From assembly GCA_963767165.1 (NCBI GenBank), contig CAVYCV010000008.1:118182-182181 (forward strand): a stretch of 64,000 bases of DNA. Direction: 5' to 3'. A program made the translations under genes and the position numbers. Of this stretch, positions 12,004-19,939 are shown one piece after another (the first letter of the stretch is position 1; the number at the start of each line of letters is the position of its first letter). The stretch is from an uncultured Chloroflexia bacterium (lineage in GTDB: Bacteria > Chloroflexota > Limnocylindria > Limnocylindrales > CSP1-4). The notes beneath the pieces are model-generated. The model did no database searches, was not told the DNA's origin, and saw only the letters and a list, made by a program, of their open reading frames with translations.

Positions 12004-13395
12004 GTGCCCCAGACAGCCCTGACGCCCGCGATCCGCGATGTCATCGCGCGACTCGGCCGGGCCGACATCATGGTCGGGATCCCGAGCTTCAAGAACGCGG
12101 CCACCATCGGCTACGTGGTTCGCGCCGCGCAGGCCGGCCTGGTCCAGTACTTCCCGGACCTCCGCCCGGTCGTCGTCAACTCGGACGCAGGCTCGCCCGA
12201 CGGCACCGGTCGCGTCGTCGTCGAGACCGAGCCGCCCGATTACGTCGAGCAGATCCTCCTCGTCCGGCCGAACCACAAGCTCGAGCGGGTCACCCTGACC
12301 TACCCCGAGATCGATGGCATCGGCGGCAAGGGCGCGGCGCTAAGGACCATCTTCGAGATCGCGGCGGCGCTCGAGGTCCAGGCACTGGTCGTCGTCGACA
12401 GCGACCTCCGCTCCATCGTGCCCGAATGGATCGAGTTGCTGTCCGGGCCGATCCTCAAGGGCGGCTACGACTTCGTGGCGCCGCTCTACGCGCGCTACAA
12501 GTACGACGGCACGATCACCAACACCGTCACCTACCCGCTGACCCGGGCGCTGTACGGACATCGCATCCGCCAGCCGATCGGCGGCGACTTCGGCGTGTCG
12601 GGCGACCTGGTCCGGCACTATCTCGAACTCGATGACTGGACGCCCGAGATCAGCAAGTTCGGCATCGACATCTGGATGACGACGTCCGCCGTGACCGCCG
12701 GGTTCGCCGTCTGTCAGACGCGACTCGGCGCGAAGATCCACGACCCGAAGGACCCGGGCTCGGACCTCGGGCCGATGTTCCGGCAGGTCGTCGGGACGAT
12801 CCTGCGGCTGGCCGACCGGTACGCCGACCACTGGCTGCCCATCACCGGCAGCCACGACGTGCCCGCGTACGGGTTCGAGCGGATCATCGAGCCGCCGCCG
12901 CTCGAGGTGAACACGCTCCGCCTCCTGTCCGAGTTCCATGCCGGCTCGCTGACGCTCGCGGACACGTGGCGGGCGATGCTCGCCCCGGCGACCGCGTCGA
13001 CGGTGATGGAGCTCGCGGCCGAGGCCGGGAACCTGGCCGATGTCGCGCGGACGAAGCTCGGGATCGGCGGTGACGTGTCGTCGACCACGGCGACCACCCT
13101 CGAGATGGCCGAGGCGGCCAGCTCGTTCCACTTTCCTGACGACCTGTGGGCCCGCGTCATCTACGACCTGGTGCTCTCGGCCCGCGGCGCCATCGCGGCC
13201 ACGGGCACCGGCCCGTCGCTCGAGACGCTCGTCGCGGCGCTGGTGCCGATCTACTTCGGGCGCGTCGGCAGCTTCGTCATCGAGAACCGGAACATCCCGA
13301 CCGACGCCGCCGAGGAACGGGTCGAGCGGCAGGCGCGCGAGTTCGAGCTGCTGAAGCCGTATCTCGTCGAGCGCTGGACGGCCGCAGCCGGATGA
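12004..13395 (+). CDS. GT2-type glycosyltransferase, glucosylglycerate/mannosylglycerate synthase-like
   Basis: VGIPSFKN, GKG.AL, VDSDLRSI.PEW, KYDGTITN, RQPIGGDFG, FGIDIWMT, HDPKDP. Confidence 0.8.
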   Translation: MPQTALTPAIRDVIARLGRADIMVGIPSFKNAATIGYVVRAAQAGLVQYFPDLRPVVVNSDAGSPDGTGRVVVETEPPDYVEQILLVRPNHKLERVTLTYPEIDGIGGKGAALRTIFEIAAALEVQALVVVDSDLRSIVPEWIELLSGPILKGGYDFVAPLYARYKYDGTITNTVTYPLTRALYGHRIRQPIGGDFGVSGDLVRHYLELDDWTPEISKFGIDIWMTTSAVTAGFAVCQTRLGAKIHDPKDPGSDLGPMFRQVVGTILRLADRYADHWLPITGSHDVPAYGFERIIEPPPLEVNTLRLLSEFHAGSLTLADTWRAMLAPATASTVMELAAEAGNLADVARTKLGIGGDVSSTTATTLEMAEAASSFHFPDDLWARVIYDLVLSARGAIAATGTGPSLETLVAALVPIYFGRVGSFVIENRNIPTDAAEERVERQAREFELLKPYLVERWTAAAG

Positions 13396-15332
13396 CGAGC
13401 CGGTCGCCGCTCCCTGTGCGCATCCTGATCCCCGTCGCCAACCCGATGACGGCCGAGGAGCTGATCCGTCTTGGCGCGGCGATGCTCGACCGCAAGCACG
13501 GCGAGATCTCCGCGCTCGGCATCGTGGAGGTGCCCGAGGGGATGCCCCTGTCCGAGGGCGCCACGCGGGCGCGCCACGCGCGCCGGCTGCTCCAGCGCGT
13601 GCTCGACTACGCGCCGGACGGCACGACCATCCACCCGATCGTGCGCATCGGACGCCACGCCGCCGAGGGCATCGTCGAGGCATCGGCCGAGCAGGAGGCG
13701 GATCTCATCATCTTCGGCTGGGGCGGCCGGACGGCGACCGCGCGCGAGGGCAACGGCACGACGGTCTTCTCGCCGACCATCGACGAGGTCGTCCGCGACG
13801 CTCCATGCGACATCGCCGTGGTCAAGCAACGTGGCGCAAAGGAGATCCGCCGGGTCCTGGTCCCGGTCCGCGGCGGACCGCATGCGGAGCTCGCGATCCG
13901 GTACGCCGACGCGATCGCGCGCTATCACGAGGCCACGGTCGTCGTCCTCCACCTCGTCCCGCCGGGCATCACGCTCGCGGTGCGGGCCCAGGCGGAACGG
14001 GCGCTCGCCTCGTTCGTCAAGCAGCACCTCCACGGTCGCGGCGAGGCCGTCCTGCGTGAGGCGCCCAACGTCCGCAACGCCATCTTGCGCGAGGCCGAGA
14101 AGGCCGACCTGGTCGTCATGGGCGCGTCGGCCGCGCCGGGCGGCTCGGACGGGGAGAGCCACCTGTTCGGGGCACTCCCCGAGGCCATCGCCGCGCGCGC
14201 GAAGCCATCGGTGGTCGTCGTCCGCACGCGCGAGACGATCGCCCGCAACACCTTCGACCAGCTCGCCGCGCGCGCGGAGACCCTCGCCGCCGCCGACCGC
14301 GCCGCCGAGGAGGCCCGGGCGGTCCCGGTCCGGGTCGAGCGCTGGTTCGGCGAGTCGAACTTCCACCACGCCGAGTTCGCCGACCTGCGCCGCCTCGTGA
14401 CCCTCAAGGAGAAGCAGAAGCTGACGATCAGCCTCGTCCTGCCGACGCTCGACGAGGAGGAGACGATCGGGCCGATCGTCCGCCGCGCGATGCGCGAGCT
14501 GGTCGGCCGCGTGCCGCTGCTCGACGAGATCCTCGTCGTCGACTCGGTGTCGACCGACCGGACCCGCGAGATCGCCGAGTCCGAGGGCGCGCGGGTCGTC
14601 CAGCACCCCGACATCCTCACCCGGTACGGCTCGTTCAAGGGCAAGGGCGAGGCCCTCTGGAAGTCGCTGTACGAGACGAGCGGCGACATCGTCATCTGGG
14701 CCGACACGGACGTCCGCCACTGGCATCCGCGGATGGTCTACGGGACCCTGGGCCCGCTTCTCCACGAGCCTCGATTGCAGTACGTGAAGGCCTACTACCA
14801 GCGCCCGATCGTCGAGGGCGGCGTGCTCAAGGAGGGCGGCGGCGGGCGGGTGACCGAGCTCGTCGCACGCCCGCTCATCAACCTGTTCTACCCGGAGCTC
14901 TCGGGGATGATCCAGCCGCTCGCCGGGGAGTACGCGGGGCGTCGGTCGCTGCTCGAGTCGATCCCGTTCTTCACCGGCTATGCGGTCGAGATCGGGCACC
15001 TCATCGACGCGGCCGAGCGGGTCGGCATCGAGGGCCTCGGCCAGGTCGACCTCGAACGGCGGGTGCATCGCAACCAGGAGCTCGAAGGGCTCTCGCGCAT
15101 GTCGTTCGTGATCCTCCAGGCCGTCATGAAGCGGCTCGAGGAGCGGCGCAAGGCGCGGCTGTTCGCGGAGATGGGCTCGACGATGAAGCTGCCCCGCTCC
15201 GGCCACGGCCGGCTGTCGCTCGAGGTCATCGAGCTCGCCGACCAGGAGCGCCCGCCGATGATCCGCATCCCCGAGTACCTCGAGCGGCGCCGCGCCGCGG
15301 GGGCGGCCGCGGTCGAGCCCCCCTCGAAGTAG
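13392..15332 (+). CDS. gpgS: Glucosyl-3-phosphoglycerate synthase fused to two N-terminal universal stress protein domains
   Basis: RILIPVAN/ADLIIFGW and RVLVPVRGG/ADLVVMGA USP domains; LPTLDEEETI, GKGEALW, GGGRVTELVARP, QPLAGEYA, GYAVEIG, HRNQ. Confidence 0.88.
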   Translation: MTSRSPLPVRILIPVANPMTAEELIRLGAAMLDRKHGEISALGIVEVPEGMPLSEGATRARHARRLLQRVLDYAPDGTTIHPIVRIGRHAAEGIVEASAEQEADLIIFGWGGRTATAREGNGTTVFSPTIDEVVRDAPCDIAVVKQRGAKEIRRVLVPVRGGPHAELAIRYADAIARYHEATVVVLHLVPPGITLAVRAQAERALASFVKQHLHGRGEAVLREAPNVRNAILREAEKADLVVMGASAAPGGSDGESHLFGALPEAIAARAKPSVVVVRTRETIARNTFDQLAARAETLAAADRAAEEARAVPVRVERWFGESNFHHAEFADLRRLVTLKEKQKLTISLVLPTLDEEETIGPIVRRAMRELVGRVPLLDEILVVDSVSTDRTREIAESEGARVVQHPDILTRYGSFKGKGEALWKSLYETSGDIVIWADTDVRHWHPRMVYGTLGPLLHEPRLQYVKAYYQRPIVEGGVLKEGGGGRVTELVARPLINLFYPELSGMIQPLAGEYAGRRSLLESIPFFTGYAVEIGHLIDAAERVGIEGLGQVDLERRVHRNQELEGLSRMSFVILQAVMKRLEERRKARLFAEMGSTMKLPRSGHGRLSLEVIELADQERPPMIRIPEYLERRRAAGAAAVEPPSK

Positions 15333-15356
15333 CGCCCGACCCGGCAGACTACGACG

Positions 15357-15908
15357 GTGAGTCGGACCGAACCCGAGACCGCACCCGCCGTGACCATCGA
15401 GCGCCTGGACCTCGACGGGTATGTCGCCGCCGTGCCGGGCCTCGCCGAGCTCCTGAAGGACTCCGTTGACGGCGGCGCGTCGGTCAACTTCGTGGCCGGC
15501 CTGACGATCGAGGACGCCACGACCTGGTGGCGCGAGCGGACGTCGCAGATCGCCGCAGGCACCACGACCGCGTTGGTCGCCGTCGCCCCGGACGGCCGCA
15601 TCGTCGGCTCGACGCTGCTCTTCCGGATGACCCAGCCGAACGCTCCCCACCGCGCCGAGATCGGCAAGGTCCTCGTCCATCGCGACGCCCGGCGACGGGG
15701 CATCGGCCGGGCGCTGATGGAGGCGGCCGAAACGCTCGCGCGCGAGGAGGGCCGCTGGCTGCTCATCCTCGACACCCAGTCGGGCACCGACGCGGAGCTC
15801 ATGTACGTGGCGCTCGGCTGGCAGCCGTTCGGGGTCGTCCCGAACCACTCCCTGACCGCCGATGGCGTGCTCTCGCCGACGACCTTCTTCTGGAAGGACC
15901 TGCGGTGA
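15357..15908 (+). CDS. GNAT acetyltransferase
   Basis: HRAEIGKVLVH, RRRGIGRALM, LILDT. Confidence 0.9.
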   Translation: MSRTEPETAPAVTIERLDLDGYVAAVPGLAELLKDSVDGGASVNFVAGLTIEDATTWWRERTSQIAAGTTTALVAVAPDGRIVGSTLLFRMTQPNAPHRAEIGKVLVHRDARRRGIGRALMEAAETLAREEGRWLLILDTQSGTDAELMYVALGWQPFGVVPNHSLTADGVLSPTTFFWKDLR

Positions 15909-17002
15909 CCGACGACGGGGCACGAACGATCCTGATCGCGCCCGATTCCTTCAAGGGCTCGCTCACCTCGGTCGAGGTGGCGAAGGCGCTGGCGGACGGC
16001 TGGGCCCGGGCCCGCCCGCAGGACGAGATCGTCCTCTCGCCGCTGGCCGACGGCGGCGAAGGGACATTGGAGGCCGTTGCCGCGGCAGGCGGCTGGACGT
16101 GGCGGAGCGACGTGGTCCACGACCCGCTCGGCCGGCCGGTCGAGGCGCGCTGGCTCTGGCGCGACGTCGATGGGACGGGCCATGCGGTCATCGAGATGGC
16201 GACGGCCTCCGGACTGTCGCTGGTCCGACCGGAGGAGCGGGATCCGATCGCGGCCACGAGCATCGGCACAGGCGAGCTCCTCGCGACCGCGATCGATCAG
16301 GGTGTCGCTCGGATCGTCCTGGGGATCGGCGGCAGCGCGACCACGGACGGCGGGCGTGGCCTCCTCGACGGACTCATCGGGCTGGGTCCGGACGACCGTC
16401 GCCTGGACGACGTCGATCTTGAGGTGGCCTGCGACGTCTCGAACCCGCTGCTTGGGTCGACGGGCGCGGCGTCGATCTTCGGCCCGCAGAAGGGCGCCAC
16501 GCCCGAGCAGGTCCGCGAGCTCGACGAGCGAAACGCGCGCTGGGCCGACGAACTCGAGGCGCGCGAAGGGCGCCGCGAACGCGACACGCCGGGCGCCGGC
16601 GCCGCGGGCGGCGTCGGGTTCGCCCTGCTGGCGATCCAGGATCAATTCGAGGTGTTCGCCCTCCGACCGGGCGTGGACCTCGTCATGGAGGCGACCGACT
16701 TCGACGAGAAGCTCGCGCGCGCGGACCTCGTCATCACCGGCGAGGGCCGGATCGATGCCCAGACCGCGTTCGGCAAGACCGCGCTCGGTGTCGCGAAACG
16801 GGCCCGGGCCGCAGGCGTCGCCTGCATCGCCGTCGGCGGCGGCGTGGAGCCCGAGGGCGCCGAGGCGCTCGCGGCCATCGGAGCCATCGCCGTGCCGGTG
16901 ACCGAGAAGCCGCAGACCGTCGAGGCGGCGATGGCCGCCGGGACCGCCCCGCTCGAACGCTGCGGCGAACGTCTTGCCCGGCTCGCGCTCGTACTTGACT
17001 AA
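15905..17002 (+). CDS. glxK: Glycerate kinase
   Basis: IAPDSFKGSL, ADGGEGT, GIGGSATTDGG, FGPQKGA, GAGAAGG, TGEGRID. Confidence 0.93.
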   Translation: MTDDGARTILIAPDSFKGSLTSVEVAKALADGWARARPQDEIVLSPLADGGEGTLEAVAAAGGWTWRSDVVHDPLGRPVEARWLWRDVDGTGHAVIEMATASGLSLVRPEERDPIAATSIGTGELLATAIDQGVARIVLGIGGSATTDGGRGLLDGLIGLGPDDRRLDDVDLEVACDVSNPLLGSTGAASIFGPQKGATPEQVRELDERNARWADELEAREGRRERDTPGAGAAGGVGFALLAIQDQFEVFALRPGVDLVMEATDFDEKLARADLVITGEGRIDAQTAFGKTALGVAKRARAAGVACIAVGGGVEPEGAEALAAIGAIAVPVTEKPQTVEAAMAAGTAPLERCGERLARLALVLD

Positions 17003-17023
17003 GTCATGGACTAAGTCCACTAT
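16995..17023 (+). promoter_or_regulatory. Sigma70-type promoter of the TA operon overlapped by tandem operator palindromes
   Basis: TTGACT-N17-CACTAT; TGACT-A-AGTCA (16996-17006) and TGGACT-A-AGTCCA (17007-17019); ATG 6 nt after the -10. Confidence 0.8.
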
Positions 17024-17029
17024 CGGCCG

Positions 17030-17296
17030 ATGGCGACGACCGTCAACATCCACGAGGCGAAGACCCACCTCTCGCGCCTGCTCGAGCGCGTCAAGAACGG
17101 CGAAGAGATCACGATCGCGAAGGCCGGCAAGCCGGTCGCGCGCCTGACGGCGATCCGGGAGCGGCCGGCGCGACGTGTCCCCGGGATGGACAAAGGGAAG
17201 GTCATCATCCAGCCGGATTTCGACGACCCGCTCCCCGAGTTCGACCCCGACTACATGCATCCCGAGGATCCGATGCGTGAGCTCCTGAAGGAATGA
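17030..17296 (+). CDS. Phd/YefM family antitoxin
   Basis: VNIHEAKTHLSRLL...GEEITIAKAGKPVARL. Confidence 0.93.
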   Translation: MATTVNIHEAKTHLSRLLERVKNGEEITIAKAGKPVARLTAIRERPARRVPGMDKGKVIIQPDFDDPLPEFDPDYMHPEDPMRELLKE

Positions 17297-17679
17297 AGGC
17301 GCTCCTCGATACGCACGTCTTCCTGTGGTGGGTCCTCGACACCGCGGAGCTGTCGCAGGAATGCCGGCGGATCCTCGGCGAGACGGGCAACACCGTGTAC
17401 TTCAGCGCCGTGAGTGCGTACGAACTCGCGTACAAGGCAGAACGGGGTCGGCTGGTCCTGCCAGAGTCGCCGTCGTCGTATGTCATGAGCCGCCTCGACG
17501 CGAATGGATTCGATCCGCTCGACCTCGAGATGTCGCATGCGGTTCGCGCCGCGAGCCTGCCGCCCATCCATCGCGATCCGTTCGACCGGATGCTCATCGC
17601 CCAGGCGCAAGTCGAGGGAATCCCGCTCCTCACGGCCGACCCAGCCATCAGTCGCTACGACGTCGAGACGATCTGGTAA
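17293..17679 (+). CDS. vapC: PIN-domain toxin VapC
   Basis: LLDTHVFLW, SAVSAYE, HRDPFDRMLIAQA, LLTAD. Confidence 0.93.
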   Translation: MKALLDTHVFLWWVLDTAELSQECRRILGETGNTVYFSAVSAYELAYKAERGRLVLPESPSSYVMSRLDANGFDPLDLEMSHAVRAASLPPIHRDPFDRMLIAQAQVEGIPLLTADPAISRYDVETIW

Positions 17680-17681
17680 CG

Positions 17682-18494
17682 GTGTCGCCGAAGCCGCGCC
17701 CGAAGAAGCGCAAATTCTCCGATCCGGCCAGGACCTACGCGAAGCGCCTCGAGCGCTACCGGCCCGGCCTCGTCCCGTACGTGCTGGATCGGCTGGCAAG
17801 CCTCTACGGCCGCGAGCCGTGGGAGCGCCGCCTGGACCCGACCAGCGAGCTGATCCTGACGATCCTCACCCAGAACAGCGCCGACACCAATGCCGAGGTC
17901 GCCTTCGAGCGACTGCGCGAGGCCTATCCATCCGGCCTCCCCACCCAGGTCCACAAGCCCGGCATCGGCTGGGGCGGCGTGGGCCTGCCCGAGGGCGCAC
18001 CGCCGGACTGGGCCGCGATCGAGTTCGCGCCACTCCCCGAGCTGGTCGAGGTGATCCGGCCGGGCGGCCTCGCCAACCAGAAGTCGCCCCGGCTCCAGGC
18101 CACGCTGCGGTTCATCCGGGAGGAACGCGGCGACTACTCACTCGAGTTCCTCGGCGACATGACGGCCATCGACGCCCGCGACTGGCTGACGCGGATCGAC
18201 GGGATCGGCAAGAAGACCGCATCGGTGCTGCTGCTCTTCTGCTTCGGCCTGCCGCTGATGCCGGTCGACCGGCACGTCGAGCGTGTCTCGAAGCGGATCG
18301 GCCTCATCCCGGCGAAGGCCAGCGCCGACGCGGCCCACGACCTGTATCTCGCAATGCTCGAGCCCGACCAGATGTACGAGGCGCACGTCAACCTCATCCA
18401 TCACGGTCGCGTCATCTGCCATGCGCGCCGGCCGGAATGCGAGATCTGCCCGGTCAGGCCGCGCTGTCAATTCGTCGATCCGAAGACGATCTGA
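17682..18494 (+). CDS. nth: Endonuclease III (HhH-GPD)
   Basis: TILTQNSAD, GIGKKTA, PVDRHVERV, C-HARRP-C-EI-C-PVRPR-C FeS motif. Confidence 0.88.
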   Translation: MSPKPRPKKRKFSDPARTYAKRLERYRPGLVPYVLDRLASLYGREPWERRLDPTSELILTILTQNSADTNAEVAFERLREAYPSGLPTQVHKPGIGWGGVGLPEGAPPDWAAIEFAPLPELVEVIRPGGLANQKSPRLQATLRFIREERGDYSLEFLGDMTAIDARDWLTRIDGIGKKTASVLLLFCFGLPLMPVDRHVERVSKRIGLIPAKASADAAHDLYLAMLEPDQMYEAHVNLIHHGRVICHARRPECEICPVRPRCQFVDPKTI

Positions 18495-18601
18495 GGGTCG
18501 GTCCGGGGTCGTCCGGTGCGGAACGGTGCGCTGCGGTGCGGTGCATCCAGCCACCACCCCGGACTGACCCCGTACCGACACGGTACCAACGCCGGTACCT
18601 A

Positions 18602-18636
18602 TGCAAGGTGGCGAGCAAGCTGGCGATGCGGTACTC
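18602..18636 (+). promoter_or_regulatory. Tad-cassette promoter motif, copy 1
   Basis: TGCAAGGT-N4-AGCAAGCT-N7-CGGTACT. Confidence 0.6.
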
Positions 18637-18645
18637 ATTGGACAC

Positions 18646-19314
18646 ATGTCGAGAACGTCGGGGATCCCGTTCTTTCGACCGTCGTCCAGGCGTGCCTCCA
18701 CTCGGGGGGCCGCGGAGGCCGGTCAAGCCCACCGATCGCGACGATCGGGCGGGGGCCAGTCGCTGGTCGAGTTCAGCCTGGTGTTCCCCTTCTTCCTCAT
18801 CCTGCTGTTCTCCGTCCTCGAGTTCTCCTTCGCGCTGAACGCGCTCCTGTCGGTCGACTTCGCGACACGGGAGGCAGCGTTGGCGGCCGCCGAGGCAGGC
18901 ACGCAGACCTACGCTGACTGCTCGATCCTGCGAGCCATCGAACGCAGCATCGAACCGCCCACCGACGACCGTCGACTCACCCGGGTTCGGATCTTCAAGT
19001 CGACGGTGAACGGCACCCCCGCGTCGCCGCTGCACGAGATGGTCTATACCCGGACCGGCAGCCTGTCGTGCCCGCTGGACGACGGGACGGCCGCGACCTT
19101 GCCCTACACCCTGGTCTCCGGCGACTACACCTCGGACACCCGGTGCAACACGCTCGCCGGCTGCGGGCCGGGCTCCGTGAGTGTCGACACGATCGGCGTC
19201 GAAGCCACCTATGACTACCGCTGGGTCACACCGCTGCCGAAGCTGTGGCCGCAGTCGGGCGTCGGCTACATGATCACCAATGGCAACGCGATGCGCATGG
19301 AGCCGGTCCAGTGA
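18646..19314 (+). CDS. tadE: TadE-like minor pilin
   Basis: GQSLVEFSLVFP prepilin motif, ATREAA. Confidence 0.88.
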   Translation: MSRTSGIPFFRPSSRRASTRGAAEAGQAHRSRRSGGGQSLVEFSLVFPFFLILLFSVLEFSFALNALLSVDFATREAALAAAEAGTQTYADCSILRAIERSIEPPTDDRRLTRVRIFKSTVNGTPASPLHEMVYTRTGSLSCPLDDGTAATLPYTLVSGDYTSDTRCNTLAGCGPGSVSVDTIGVEATYDYRWVTPLPKLWPQSGVGYMITNGNAMRMEPVQ

Positions 19315-19928
19315 CGCCCCGGCTGTCGATGCGACGGGCCCCGCGGACGGGCGATCGATCCCGCCGCCGAGGCCAGAGCCTGGTCGAGTACGCGATGACC
19401 GTCCCGGTCTTCCTCCTGATCCTGCTCGGCATGCTCGAGTTCGGGTTCGCCTTCTCTCATCACCTGACGATGGAGTACTCGACCCGCGAGGGAGCCCGGA
19501 CCGGGGCATCGCTCGCCAACGGATCTCCCCAGGTCGGCTGCGCGACCGTCGACGACCACGTGATGGCCGCCGTGCAGCGCGTGCTGACGGGTGCCGGGTC
19601 GCAGGTGTCGATGAACCGGATCGGCGAGGTCCGCATCTACAAGTCCGACAGCTCCGGCCATGAGCTCGGCCCGGTGAATCGCTGGACGCTCGGCGCCGGC
19701 CCGACGGTCGAGGGCGTCCAACTGCAGTTCCACCAAGTGTCGTCGGGCTGGAGCGCCTGCGGCCGCAAGAACCTCGCGGTCGGCACGAGCGATCGCGTCG
19801 ACTCGATCGGGGTCTCCATCACCTACGACTACGACTTCGTCACCCCGCTCGGCAGCCTGATGGGCATCGCCGGCGACGCGCAGCTCCACATGTCCGACCG
19901 GACCGTCATGTCCCTGAATCCCGACTGA
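19311..19928 (+). CDS. tadE: TadE-like minor pilin
   Basis: GQSLVEYAMTVP, LEFG, STREGAR. Confidence 0.88.
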   Translation: MTPRLSMRRAPRTGDRSRRRGQSLVEYAMTVPVFLLILLGMLEFGFAFSHHLTMEYSTREGARTGASLANGSPQVGCATVDDHVMAAVQRVLTGAGSQVSMNRIGEVRIYKSDSSGHELGPVNRWTLGAGPTVEGVQLQFHQVSSGWSACGRKNLAVGTSDRVDSIGVSITYDYDFVTPLGSLMGIAGDAQLHMSDRTVMSLNPD

Positions 19929-19939
19929 TCGAGCGACCG

